A DNA stretch of 42,219 bases. It comes from Pseudomonadota bacterium (GTDB taxonomy: Bacteria > Pseudomonadota > Alphaproteobacteria > Rhodobacterales > Rhodobacteraceae). The stretch covers positions 1-42,219 of the forward strand of contig JBCCTM010000001.1 of the NCBI GenBank assembly GCA_039198535.1. Direction: 5' to 3'. Both the position numbers and the translations under genes were made by a program. This document shows, in pieces, positions 1-9,130 of the stretch. Under the pieces are notes generated by a model. The model did no database searches and had not been told where the DNA came from. It saw only the letters and a list, made by a program, of their open reading frames with translations. Each line of letters opens with the position of its first letter. Positions within the stretch are counted from its first letter, which is position 1.

Positions 1-1
1 C

Positions 2-1174
2 ACCACCCAACTCCACAAATTCCGTTCGGTTGGGCGCGGCTTCATGCGCCCCCCCCTCCCCGCGGAGCATCTCGCCGGCCCGCACGGTCTCCTCGGCGCC
101 CCGCGCGCGCCGATGGCCTGGTGGCAGGGCAAGCTGAATGAAAAAGGCTGGGGTGGCCTGGGCTGGCCGGTTGAGTATGGCGGGCCCGGCTGGTCCACCG
201 AAGAGCTGCGGATCTTCATGGATGAGAGCGTGGCCCATGGCGCGCCCATGATCAGCCCGTTTGGCATCGTGATGGTCGGGCCGGTGATCTACACCTTCGG
301 CAATGAAGCGCAGAAGAAAGAGCATTTGCCGCCGATCATCCGCGGCGAGCGTTTCTGGTGCCAGGGCTATTCGGAGCCGGGCTCCGGGTCGGATCTGGCC
401 TCACTGAAGACCCGCGCGGTCCGGGATGGCGACGATTACATCGTCAACGGTCAGAAGATTTGGACGACCCACGCCCATTTTGCGGACTGGATGTTCTGCC
501 TGGTGCGCACCGATCCGGACGCGAAGAAGCAGCGCGGCATTTCCTTCCTGCTGATTGACATGAAGTCGCCCGGCATCGAAGTGCGCCCGATCCGCTCCAT
601 CGACGGGCTGCATCACCTCAATGAGGTGTTCTTCACCGACGTTCGCGTGCCGGTGGCGAACTTGGTCGGCGAAGAGAACCAGGGCTGGACCTACGCCAAG
701 TTCCTGCTGGTCAACGAGCGCGCCGGGGTCGCCAATGTGGCGGGCTCCCGCCTCGATCTGTCTCGCCTGAAGGCCTACGCCTCCTCCGAAGAGAATTTCG
801 TGAAACCGCCGATCTCGGATCCGGTGATCTCAAAGTCGCTGACGGAGTTGGAGGAGCGGCTCGACGCGCTCGACGCGCTTGAGGAGCGCTCCATGGCGGC
901 GCCCAGCCAATCCATGGACGCCGTGAAGCTCGGCGCGCCCTTGAAGCTGCTGGGATCGGAGTTGTCGCAGGAAATCTCCGAGTTGGCCGTGCGGGTCGCG
1001 GGCCCCGGCGCGCTGCCCATGAGCGAGGATGGCTCGACCATTTCGTCTTATGGCGCGTTTGGGCAGCATGAGATGTCGAACTTCCTGTTCGGCCGCAGCC
1101 ACTCAATCTATGGCGGCACGTCCGAGGTTCAGAAGAACATCATGGCGCAGTTGCTGGCCAAATCGGCGGCCTAA
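2..1174 (+). CDS. acyl-CoA dehydrogenase family protein, 5' end probably outside window
   Basis: Frame of ORF 44..1174 stays open back to base 2. The upstream residues (FRSVGRGF) resemble the usual ACAD N-terminal helix. Motifs WPVEYGGPGWS, YSEPGSGSDLASL, GQKIWTTHAHFADW and C-terminal IYGGTSEVQKNI fit the ACAD fold. Confidence 0.85.
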   Translation, partial: TTQLHKFRSVGRGFMRPPLPAEHLAGPHGLLGAPRAPMAWWQGKLNEKGWGGLGWPVEYGGPGWSTEELRIFMDESVAHGAPMISPFGIVMVGPVIYTFGNEAQKKEHLPPIIRGERFWCQGYSEPGSGSDLASLKTRAVRDGDDYIVNGQKIWTTHAHFADWMFCLVRTDPDAKKQRGISFLLIDMKSPGIEVRPIRSIDGLHHLNEVFFTDVRVPVANLVGEENQGWTYAKFLLVNERAGVANVAGSRLDLSRLKAYASSEENFVKPPISDPVISKSLTELEERLDALDALEERSMAAPSQSMDAVKLGAPLKLLGSELSQEISELAVRVAGPGALPMSEDGSTISSYGAFGQHEMSNFLFGRSHSIYGGTSEVQKNIMAQLLAKSAA

Positions 1175-1335
1175 GCGCTGAACTGATCAGGCCGCGGGCG
1201 TGGGCGCTCTGAGCGCTGCCGCCCGCGGCTTTTCTTTTGTTTTCTTTTAATTTGTCGTCCAATCGCGTTAGCGATGAGCAGGACCGGTTCGACAGACGAC
1301 CGGACGCGCGGGCGCATGAGCCGGGAGGACCACCG

Positions 1336-2448
1336 ATGGCGATTTTTGAACCAAATGACGATCAGAAGCTGCTGAGCGACAGCGTCGCCCGCTTCATCGA
1401 GCGCTCTTATGACGATGCGGCGCGCATCAAGATGACCGGCGAAGAGTTCAACCCGGAGCGCTGGGCGTCCATGGCGGAGCTTGGTTGGCTGATGCTGCCC
1501 TTCCAAGAAGCCGACGGCGGCATGCAGGCGGAGGGGCGCACGGGAGCAGGCGACATCGCCACGCTCTACGAGGCGATGGGTCCGGGCCAAATCATTGAGC
1601 CGATCCTTGCGACTTCCGTGCTCGCCGGCGGGCTCATCGCCCAGGCGACGGGCCCGGCGCGGAATGGGGATCTGATCGGCGAGATCGCCGCCGGGGCCGC
1701 GCGCGCCTCCGCCGCGCTCCATGAGCCGCGCACCCGCTTTGACCTGATGCATTGCGAAACAACCGCGGCGCAGGCCGATGGCGGGTGGCGCTTGGATGGC
1801 GTGAAGTCCATGGCCCTCGGCGCGCCCGGGGCCGATTATCTGATCATCCTGGCGCGGGCTGGCGGCGCGCCTGGGGATGACGGCGCCAGCGTGGCGCTGT
1901 TCCTCGTTCCCGCGGACGCACCGGGCGTGACGCTGAAGCCCTATCGCCTGCGGGACGATCATTGGGCGGCGGATGTGACGCTGAAAGACGTGCGCCTTCC
2001 CGAGAGCGCGGTGCTGTCTCCCGCAGGAGAGGCGGCGGCGCTGGTGAATTTGGTGGTCGACCAGACCCGCTTCGCCATGGCGGCGGAACTCGTGGGCCTC
2101 GCCCAGCGGCTCACCGGCGACACGGTGGGCTATGCGGGCGTGCGCTCGCAATTCGGCGTGCCAATCGGCAGCTTCCAGGTGCTTCAGCATCGTATGGTGG
2201 ACATGGATGTGGGCGTGGAGACCGCGCGCTCCCTCGTCTACCGCGCCGCCGGCCTCGCCGAGGAGGGCTGGACCGATGAAGCCCGCGCCTGCGCGCGTCG
2301 CGCCTATGCGGCGGCGTCCGAGACGGCGATGACCGTCGCCAAGCACGCCGTGCAGATCCATGGCGGCATGGGCATGACGGAAGACGTCCCCGTGGGGCGT
2401 CTGTTCCGCCGCGTCTACGCCATCGCGCTGATGTTCTCCGAAGACTGA
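1336..2448 (+). CDS. acyl-CoA dehydrogenase family protein (second paralogue)
   Basis: ATG 1336 is preceded by GGGAGGA, so the track start at 1237 (TTG) is probably too far upstream. ACAD-like segments include SFQVLQHRMVDM and VQIHGGMGMTEDVPVGRLFRR. Lies 160 bp downstream of the first ACAD on the same strand. Confidence 0.85.
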   Translation: MAIFEPNDDQKLLSDSVARFIERSYDDAARIKMTGEEFNPERWASMAELGWLMLPFQEADGGMQAEGRTGAGDIATLYEAMGPGQIIEPILATSVLAGGLIAQATGPARNGDLIGEIAAGAARASAALHEPRTRFDLMHCETTAAQADGGWRLDGVKSMALGAPGADYLIILARAGGAPGDDGASVALFLVPADAPGVTLKPYRLRDDHWAADVTLKDVRLPESAVLSPAGEAAALVNLVVDQTRFAMAAELVGLAQRLTGDTVGYAGVRSQFGVPIGSFQVLQHRMVDMDVGVETARSLVYRAAGLAEEGWTDEARACARRAYAAASETAMTVAKHAVQIHGGMGMTEDVPVGRLFRRVYAIALMFSED

Positions 2449-2461
2449 GGAGGGCCGGTCC

Positions 2462-2896
2462 ATGACCAAATTCGCGGTCGAGACCAAGGGCTACGCGCCG
2501 CCGCTGCAAGCGTGGATCGACTGGATCCTGGAGGGTCATGGGCGGGATGGCCTGGCCGTGCAGCTCTCGCCTGAGGTGGTGTTCCACAGCCCCGTGGTGT
2601 TCACCCCGCAACGCGGCCCTGAGATCACCATGGCCTATCTGATGGCGGCGCAGGTGGCGTTGGGCGGCGCCGATGGGCGCTTTTCCTACACGGCCATCTT
2701 CGACGCCGGCCACGGCGCGATGCTGGAGTTCGAGACCGAGATCGACGGCAAATACGTGAACGGCGTCGACATCATCAAATGGGACGCGGCGGGCAAGATC
2801 GTCGACTTCAAGGTGATGGTCCGCCCGCTGCAAGCGGTGCAGGCCGTGCACGCCAGCATGGGCCAGATGCTGGAGCAGATGAAGAAGCGGGCCTAA
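2462..2896 (+). CDS. small NTF2/SnoaL-like fold protein (tentative)
   Basis: 144 aa, starting 13 bp after the ACAD stop and likely co-transcribed. Size and the C-terminal beta pattern (IIKWDAAGKIVDFKVMVRP) suggest an NTF2-like cone. The family call is from recollection only. Confidence 0.45.
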   Translation: MTKFAVETKGYAPPLQAWIDWILEGHGRDGLAVQLSPEVVFHSPVVFTPQRGPEITMAYLMAAQVALGGADGRFSYTAIFDAGHGAMLEFETEIDGKYVNGVDIIKWDAAGKIVDFKVMVRPLQAVQAVHASMGQMLEQMKKRA

Positions 2897-2920
2897 TGAG
2901 CCGTCGCTGAACCGAGCCGC

Positions 2921-3490
2921 TTAGTAAAGCCGCACCCCGAGCACGCGCTCCGTCGACGGCGGCGGGGTCTGGTTGGCGTCGAATAAGAACTGCAGCCGAT
3001 CCGTCCGCGCGGACGGGCAGGCGACCCAGGGGCGGCCCTCCCCCATATATTGCTCGACCATCGCCACGCAGCTGGTTCGATCGACCGCCTGGAGATCCCC
3101 CAGCGCGACCCCGGCGCGACCGGCGAACGGGCCGACAAAGCGGGGATCGAGGGCGATGATCTCCAGCACCCTGTCCTCTGTGTCGAGCACCACCAACAGA
3201 GCCAGACGCGGCGGATCCTCCGCTGTCGCCTCCCGCGAAAAGCCGCGGATCACGGGCTCGGCCACGCCTTCACGGACGATCTCGCCCCGGGCGAAGTCAA
3301 GCGAGGGATAGCGCTCCGCCAAGGCGGACATCGACGCCGGCGCCCCGCGCTGGAGCGGACCAAGCCCCTGTTCGGAAAAGACGAAACTGCGCTCCGTGGC
3401 CGTGGCGCTCGACGCCGCGAGAACGGCTGTGACCAGCGCCAGCCAAAAGGTCAGCGCGCCTATCTGGGATCCGGTCGCTGTCGTATTCAT
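2921..3490 (-). CDS. exported hypothetical protein
   Basis: Internal ATG at 3490 (MNTTATGSQIGALTFWLALVTAVLAASSATA) gives a signal-peptide-like N-terminus. No family recognised. Confidence 0.5.
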   Translation of the reverse strand: MNTTATGSQIGALTFWLALVTAVLAASSATATERSFVFSEQGLGPLQRGAPASMSALAERYPSLDFARGEIVREGVAEPVIRGFSREATAEDPPRLALLVVLDTEDRVLEIIALDPRFVGPFAGRAGVALGDLQAVDRTSCVAMVEQYMGEGRPWVACPSARTDRLQFLFDANQTPPPSTERVLGVRLY

Positions 3491-3608
3491 CCGTCGCGCT
3501 CCTCTGAGGGGGACGCCAATTCGAGCTGCGCCAGCGGCCGAAGCCAAGACATTAGGAAGACGATTTTAGGGACGAAGATCTTGCGGCCCTTCGCCCGGCG
3601 CGGATGCG

Positions 3609-4064
3609 TCAGCGCCGCGCGCTTATGGCGGCCGCGATGGTCTCGATATCGTCGACAATCTCGCGCCGACGCCTTTGCGGCAGCGCGGCGAGCATGGCGT
3701 GACAGTTGGCGATGTCTTGATCGCGGATTGCGTTGACCGCGCGCACGCCCTCTCCCGTAAGCCGCAGCGCCACCGCGCGCCCGTCCGCGACGTGCGGCTC
3801 CCGGCTGAGCAGGCCGCGCCGCGCTAAACGGTCGAGCAGCGATTGCACCGTCGTCGCCGTCAGCCCCAGAAACGCGGTCACCTCGCGGCCCATGGCGCCC
3901 GGATGATCATGCAGAAAACTCAGCGCTGAGAATTCGGTGGCTGAAAAGGCCGCCCTGCCGTCGCCCGCGATGTCCTGAGCGCGTACGGTGAGCACATGCA
4001 TGAGGTCGCGGATCGACCGATCCAGCCGCCTCGCTTGCTCTTCGTCCTCGGCGGAAACCGTCAC
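3609..4064 (-). CDS. MarR family transcriptional regulator
   Basis: GTG 4064 is preceded by GAGGAGAAGG. The winged-helix region GLTATTVQSLLDRLARRGLLSREPHVADGRAVALRLTGEG is typical MarR. Divergent from the SDR gene. Confidence 0.8.
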   Translation of the reverse strand: MTVSAEDEEQARRLDRSIRDLMHVLTVRAQDIAGDGRAAFSATEFSALSFLHDHPGAMGREVTAFLGLTATTVQSLLDRLARRGLLSREPHVADGRAVALRLTGEGVRAVNAIRDQDIANCHAMLAALPQRRRREIVDDIETIAAAISARR

Positions 4065-4211
4065 ACGCCTTCTCCTCTTCAATCGTCGCCTCGCGGGGCC
4101 TCCATGTTCTCGAACGGGGGCGGCGGCATCAAGTCTGACCACACCCCGTCACAGCGCGGCGGGGACGCCGTCCACAGCGCTGAGCAGGCAGCCCGCTCGG
4201 GAAGCCTTTTA

Positions 4212-4247
4212 ATACGACAATCGTGACATATATTACGATTATCGTAT
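4212..4247. promoter_or_regulatory. inverted repeat, candidate MarR operator in the MarR/SDR divergent region
   Basis: ATACGACAATCGT (4212-4224) and ACGATTATCGTAT (4235-4247) are reverse complements with one mismatch, spaced by 10 bp. They sit in the only AT-rich patch between the divergent genes. Confidence 0.45.
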
Positions 4248-4264
4248 CAATTGAGGTTAGCGAC

Positions 4265-5185
4265 ATGAGCGACACCACGATCTACCTTCTCACCGGCGCG
4301 ACCGCGGGCCTGGGGCTGCAGGCCACCGCCGCGCTTTTGCAAAACCCAAAGGCGCGCATCGTCACGGGGGTGCGCGCGCCCGAGCGACGCGCCCGCTTCG
4401 CTGGGTTGCCGCAAGACCGGGTGACCCGCTATCCGCTCGACCTCGCGTCTCTGCGTTCGGTGGAGCAGTTTTGCGCCGCGGTGCGGGACGGGCTGGGCGA
4501 CCAACACATTGAGGCGATCGGCCTCAACGCCGGCGTTCAGATCACCACGGGACTAGAGATGTCCGAGGATGGCTATGAGAAGACATTTGCAGTCAATCAC
4601 TTGGCGCATTGGCTGATCCGAGAGCGGTTGATTGATCGCGTGCGCGCCGGGGGCCGCGTGGTCGTCACCTGCTCCGGAACCCACGACCCAGACGACCGGG
4701 TTGCGCGCTCCTTCGGTTTTAGGGGCGGCGTGTTCCCATGCGCGGACATCGTAGCGACCGGCGCGCTCGACCTTGAGGCCAATCCGGCGCAGGCGTGCCT
4801 CGACCGCTATGCGACGTCGAAGATGGCGAATGTGCTACAAGCGTCGCATTGGGCGCAAACCGACCCTGATCGCCCGACGGTATTGTTCGACCCGGGGTTG
4901 ATGCCCGGAACCGATCTCGCGCGGGATCGCAGCGCCATCGAACAGTTCGCTTGGAACACCATTTTGCCAGCGCTCGGCTTTCTCATGAGAGGGGTCTCAT
5001 CGGCGCAGCGTTCCGGACGCATGCTCGCGGCGCTCATGGCCGGGGAGCGGAAGGCCCGGTCGGGCGACTATGTGGAATATAGCGGCCGCTTGCTCCAGCC
5101 CTGGTCACAAACCAACGATCCTGCCATGCGCGCCGATCTGGACGACACGAGCCGCAGGCTGGTGAGCGCGGCGATGGCCGCGTAA
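4265..5185 (+). CDS. short-chain dehydrogenase/reductase (SDR) family oxidoreductase
   Basis: ATG 4265 follows GAGG. N-terminal TGATAGLG dinucleotide motif, NAG, and YATSK (YxxxK) catalytic motif. Confidence 0.85.
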   Translation: MSDTTIYLLTGATAGLGLQATAALLQNPKARIVTGVRAPERRARFAGLPQDRVTRYPLDLASLRSVEQFCAAVRDGLGDQHIEAIGLNAGVQITTGLEMSEDGYEKTFAVNHLAHWLIRERLIDRVRAGGRVVVTCSGTHDPDDRVARSFGFRGGVFPCADIVATGALDLEANPAQACLDRYATSKMANVLQASHWAQTDPDRPTVLFDPGLMPGTDLARDRSAIEQFAWNTILPALGFLMRGVSSAQRSGRMLAALMAGERKARSGDYVEYSGRLLQPWSQTNDPAMRADLDDTSRRLVSAAMAA

Positions 5186-5197
5186 ACGGGGCCGCCG

Positions 5198-6334
5198 CTA
5201 CGCCAAAGCGGCGCTGAGGGGCGCGGCCTCAAGGCCAAAGGCCTCGGCCACGGGCGGGCAGATCACGCGGCCCGCCGAGACATTCAGCCCCGCCGCGAGA
5301 TGGGCGTCGCGGCGCAGCGCCTCTCGCCAGCCCAACGCCGCGAGCGCCTTCACATGGGGCAGCGTCGCATCGACCAGCGCATAGGTGGCCGTCCGAGCGA
5401 CTGCGCCGGGCATATTGGCGACGCAGTAATGCACGATCCCGTCCACGAGATAGGTCGGGTCCCGATGGGTTGTGGGCCGCGAGGTCTCAAAGCAACCGCC
5501 TTGGTCGATCGCCACATCCACCAGCGCCGCGCCCGGTCGCAGTTGCGATAGCATCTCCCGTGAGAGCAGCTTCGGCGCCTTGGCGCCAGGGACCAGCACG
5601 GCGCCAATGATAAGATCCGCATCCGCCGCGGCCTCGACCACACCGCCGCTTGGACCCACCGGCGCCGCTGTGAAGCTCCCTTCCGCCACCGCTCGGCCTC
5701 TCAACGCCGCGCGGGCCCGCTCCAACGCGGCCGGATTGCGGTCCAGCAGCGTCGCCCGGGCCCCCAGGCCAAGCGCCATCTGCGCCGCGTTGAGCCCGAC
5801 GACCCCGCCGCCGATCACCAACACCTCCCCCGGCGCAGCGCCAGGCGCGCCGCCCAGCAGCACGCCGCGTCCGCCACGCTCTTTCTGCAACGCCATGGCC
5901 CCGGCCTGCGCCGCGAGCCGGCCCGCCACCACGCTCATGGGGCGGAGCAGCGGCAGCCCGCCCGCCGGTTCGGTGACCGTCTCGTAAGCGATGGCGACGG
6001 CGCCGCTGGCGAGCAGATCGTCCGTCTGCGCCCGGTCCGCCGCGAGATGGAGATAGGCGAACAGAACTTGGCCTTCGCGCAGCAGCGAGCGCTCCTCGGC
6101 CAGGGGCTCTTTCACTTTCACGACAAGGTCGGCCGCCGCAAACAGCGTGGCCGCGTCCGCGGCGATCTCCGCGCCGGCCGCGCGGTAGTCCTCATCCGTC
6201 GCCCCGACGCCGAGGCCCGCGCCGCTCTCAATCAACACGCGATGTCCGTCCGCCGTTAGCGCCGCCACGGCTTCGGGGGTGAGCCCGACCCGGTGCTCAT
6301 CCGGCTTGATCTCCCGTGGACAGCCGATCCGCAT
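5198..6334 (-). CDS. ald: alanine dehydrogenase
   Basis: From ATG 6334: MRIGCPREIKPDEHRVGLTP, KVKEP, Rossmann VIGGGVVGLNAA, LVPGAKAPKL, DVAIDQGGCFETSRPTTH. The 141 extra upstream codons in the track ORF are not Ald-like. Confidence 0.9.
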   Translation of the reverse strand: MRIGCPREIKPDEHRVGLTPEAVAALTADGHRVLIESGAGLGVGATDEDYRAAGAEIAADAATLFAAADLVVKVKEPLAEERSLLREGQVLFAYLHLAADRAQTDDLLASGAVAIAYETVTEPAGGLPLLRPMSVVAGRLAAQAGAMALQKERGGRGVLLGGAPGAAPGEVLVIGGGVVGLNAAQMALGLGARATLLDRNPAALERARAALRGRAVAEGSFTAAPVGPSGGVVEAAADADLIIGAVLVPGAKAPKLLSREMLSQLRPGAALVDVAIDQGGCFETSRPTTHRDPTYLVDGIVHYCVANMPGAVARTATYALVDATLPHVKALAALGWREALRRDAHLAAGLNVSAGRVICPPVAEAFGLEAAPLSAALA

Positions 6335-6472
6335 CAGCGCGCTCCCGCCTCGATGCGCGCCCCAACAGCGTCGCATCCCGAGGATATGGGAACCTCCCAA
6401 AGATGGCGCCATGATTGCGCGCAACTTCGAGACCCGCCATGAAACCTGAGAAGCAAAAAGGTGATCCGTAGC

Positions 6473-7795
6473 ATGGACAGCGCCGCCGACCTTCCCGACA
6501 CACCGCCGACGGAGGCGTCGCGCTATTCGGCTGAGGCGGGTCAACCCGGCGGCGCCGCGCCGGCGGACCGGAGCGCGCTGGACCGATGGATCGCGGAGAT
6601 CCGCTTCCATCACCTGTTTAATCTGATCATTTTTGGCTTGATCGCCGCTTTGGCCCTCACCGTGCCGGAGCTCACGCTGCTGCCGCTCTACTTGGCGCTG
6701 GTGGCGCGGGTGCCGAGCCTTCAATTGCAGCGGCGCTATGGCTTTAGCCCCATGCAAGCGGCCCTCGCCATCGCGGCGGGCGCGTTCCTGACGTTAGCCG
6801 CCACCGGCCTCGCGCTCGTTCTGCCCGTCTTATTGCAAGCCGCCTCCATCGACGCCGCCGCCCTGGAAGGCGTGCGCCCGACGGCGGACCGGCTCACCGC
6901 TTGGGCCAACACCGTGCTGGCGTCCCTCGGCGTTGCGCCGGAGGATGTGGGCCTTGAGGGCGGGCTGACCACCGACGATGTGGTGCGGCGGCTGGCGGGC
7001 AGCGTGGGTGAGAGCTATTCCGTTGTACTGCAAGGCGCTGGCGTGCTGCTCCAGCCCTTCATTTTCGCCGGGCTGTCGCTGCTGATCGTGTTCATGGCGG
7101 CCTATGCGCTGGCCTCGTCCGATAAGCTCAAGCAGGAGACGCGGCGGTTTCTGCGCATCTGCTGGCCGGCCCGCACCGTCGCCATCGTCGAGCGGCTGAC
7201 GCTTCACGCGCAGCATTTCGGGGCCGAGGTGTTCCGCGGTTATTGCTGGATGGTGTTGGTGCTCGGCGTCTTTTATTTCCTGGTCTATCTGGGCGCGGTG
7301 GCGCTGTTCACCTCCGCGCAGAACCTGCCGCCCATCACCGTCGTCGCCCTCTTAATTCTCTCGGCGGTGATCGGCGCGGTGCCGGGGCTCGGCGCCAAGA
7401 TCCTGCTGCTGATCGGAGCAGTCGCCGGGCTTCTGATCGGCGTCGTGGCCACGCTCTTCACGGGCGATCTCTGGCTGGGCGTCTACATCTTCGCCGCCGT
7501 CACCGTGGTGACGGGATTTGAATCGAAGTTCGGAACGCCATCCACCATGGGTCGCGCCTTGGGCGTGAACAGCTGCCTGATCCTCTTTCTCGCTATCGCG
7601 ATGGTGGCGGGCTTTGGCGTCGGCCCGACGCTCTGGACGATTTTTGTGATCCTACCAATGCTCGTGGCGGCCATGCGGGTGATGGTGGAGCTCCATGGCG
7701 ATACGGATCTCGCCGCGCAAGCCGACGCGCCCATCCCCGCCCTGGGCGAGGCTCCGGCCAGCGCGCCCCACGTGACGCGAGAAGCCGCCGAATAA
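6473..7795 (+). CDS. polytopic membrane protein, AI-2E/PerM-like permease (tentative)
   Basis: Multiple hydrophobic helices after a roughly 70-aa soluble N-terminus. The segment LILSAVIGAVPGLGAKILLLIGA resembles the conserved AI-2E permease loop. Start is ATG 6473 or GTG 6461. Confidence 0.45.
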   Translation: MDSAADLPDTPPTEASRYSAEAGQPGGAAPADRSALDRWIAEIRFHHLFNLIIFGLIAALALTVPELTLLPLYLALVARVPSLQLQRRYGFSPMQAALAIAAGAFLTLAATGLALVLPVLLQAASIDAAALEGVRPTADRLTAWANTVLASLGVAPEDVGLEGGLTTDDVVRRLAGSVGESYSVVLQGAGVLLQPFIFAGLSLLIVFMAAYALASSDKLKQETRRFLRICWPARTVAIVERLTLHAQHFGAEVFRGYCWMVLVLGVFYFLVYLGAVALFTSAQNLPPITVVALLILSAVIGAVPGLGAKILLLIGAVAGLLIGVVATLFTGDLWLGVYIFAAVTVVTGFESKFGTPSTMGRALGVNSCLILFLAIAMVAGFGVGPTLWTIFVILPMLVAAMRVMVELHGDTDLAAQADAPIPALGEAPASAPHVTREAAE

Positions 7796-7937
7796 TGTCC
7801 CCGCGCCTCTCGCTTGGGCGGGAACAGCCGACCTTTCCGCCCCCCCGGCGCGCCGCTTAGGGCTAGCGCCAGCCGCCGGGCCGCGGCACGATGGCCTGAA
7901 GTCAGCGAGGGGGCGAGCGACGAGGCGAGACGCGGCG

Positions 7938-8990
7938 ATGAACACCAGCAGCCGGGCTGATGGTCTCACCGAAAGGGTGTATCCCCCGTTCAAGGCGCTC
8001 AGCCTGTTGCGCGGCATGGCCGCGCTTGGGGAAGCGACGGACGCTCTGGTGGATGATCTTTCGGCGGGCTCCGATCTCACCCTCAAGACCATCGAGCATC
8101 CCAGCGCTCGTATCTCCCTCGCCCAGCTGCAATCTCTCTACGCCGCCGCGGCCGCGCCAGGGTCGCCTGATCTGGCGCTGCGGCTGGGCGCGACGATGTC
8201 GCCCACTGATTACGGGCCCTATGGCTACGCGATCATGACCGCGTCGACCTTCGGCGAAGGCCTCCGCTTCATGGAGGAGTTCATCGAGCTTGAAACACCC
8301 GCCGCGCAGCTCTCGGTCGAGTTCAACGCCGCACCAGCACGGCATGCGATCCGCTGCGATGACGCCATGGGCGACCCGACCGTCAGCGCCTTCATCACAG
8401 AGCTATACCTGGCCATGGTCTTCACCTTCGCCAAAGAGCTCCACGGCCCGGCCTTTCGCTTTGATGAAATCCAAACGCGCCGCCCCCGGCCCGGCCACGC
8501 CGGCGCCTATGGCGATCTGTTCGAATGCCCCTGTCGTTTCGAGATGGACCGCGACGCGATGCTGTTTCCCGCCGCGCTCTGGGACGCGCCCATGCGGCGC
8601 AGCAATCCGGTCACCCATGCGCTGATGCGCGCGCAGTGCGAAGAGGCGGCGGCGACGCTCCGTGGCGCGCGGCGCTTGTCAGGCCGCGTCGCCGCGCTCA
8701 TCGCGGAAGATCCGCGCCGGTTCCGCGCCATCGCCGCCGCGGCCGACGCGCTGGGCCTCAGCGCCCGCACGCTGCAACGCCGGCTGGAGGCCGAGGGCGC
8801 CTCCTTCACGGAGTTGAGCGCGCAGGCCCGCATCGAGCTCGCCATGCGGATCCTGCGGCGGCGCGAGGCCTCCGTGGACGACGTCGCCTGGCGCCTTGGC
8901 TATTCCTCCACCGCCAATTTTCGGACCGCTTTCAAGCGACGCACCGGGCTGACCATCCGGGGCTTCCTTGGCCACGGGCCGGCGCCCTAG
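7938..8990 (+). CDS. AraC family transcriptional regulator
   Basis: C-terminal double HTH (LSARTLQRRLEAEGASFTEL ... VAWRLGYSSTANFRTAFKRRTG) with an N-terminal roughly 230-aa effector-type domain. Confidence 0.85.
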   Translation: MNTSSRADGLTERVYPPFKALSLLRGMAALGEATDALVDDLSAGSDLTLKTIEHPSARISLAQLQSLYAAAAAPGSPDLALRLGATMSPTDYGPYGYAIMTASTFGEGLRFMEEFIELETPAAQLSVEFNAAPARHAIRCDDAMGDPTVSAFITELYLAMVFTFAKELHGPAFRFDEIQTRRPRPGHAGAYGDLFECPCRFEMDRDAMLFPAALWDAPMRRSNPVTHALMRAQCEEAAATLRGARRLSGRVAALIAEDPRRFRAIAAAADALGLSARTLQRRLEAEGASFTELSAQARIELAMRILRRREASVDDVAWRLGYSSTANFRTAFKRRTGLTIRGFLGHGPAP

Positions 8991-9056
8991 GCGCGATTGT
9001 CGGGTTTTGGCGCGATATCAAACAAAGTTGACGCCCTGGGAGATGGCGTCGCCCGC

Positions 9057-9079
9057 ACTGTGTCGCACAGTTTGTCGCA
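9057..9079. promoter_or_regulatory. palindrome plus direct repeat upstream of the desaturase fusion gene
   Basis: ACTGTG-TCG-CACAGT is a perfect palindrome (9057-9071). It overlaps TGTCGCA repeated at 9061-9067 and 9073-9079, 52-74 bp upstream of GTG 9131. Confidence 0.35.
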
Positions 9080-9130
9080 TCCAAAAGGCGCGCCCGGAGC
9101 GACGCGCGGAGACGACAAAGGGAGGCCACC

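Noticed and set aside
1171-2487. 438-aa ORF antisense to the second acyl-CoA dehydrogenase
   Set aside because: Arg/Ala/Gly/His-rich low-complexity translation with no motifs. It fully overlaps a gene with clear ACAD signatures. This is a typical shadow ORF of GC-rich DNA.
6335-6757. 141-codon N-terminal extension of the alanine dehydrogenase ORF
   Set aside because: Alanine dehydrogenases begin at MR(I/V)G.P.E.K, which is exactly the internal ATG 6334. The extension overlaps the divergent membrane-protein gene start and is not protein-like.
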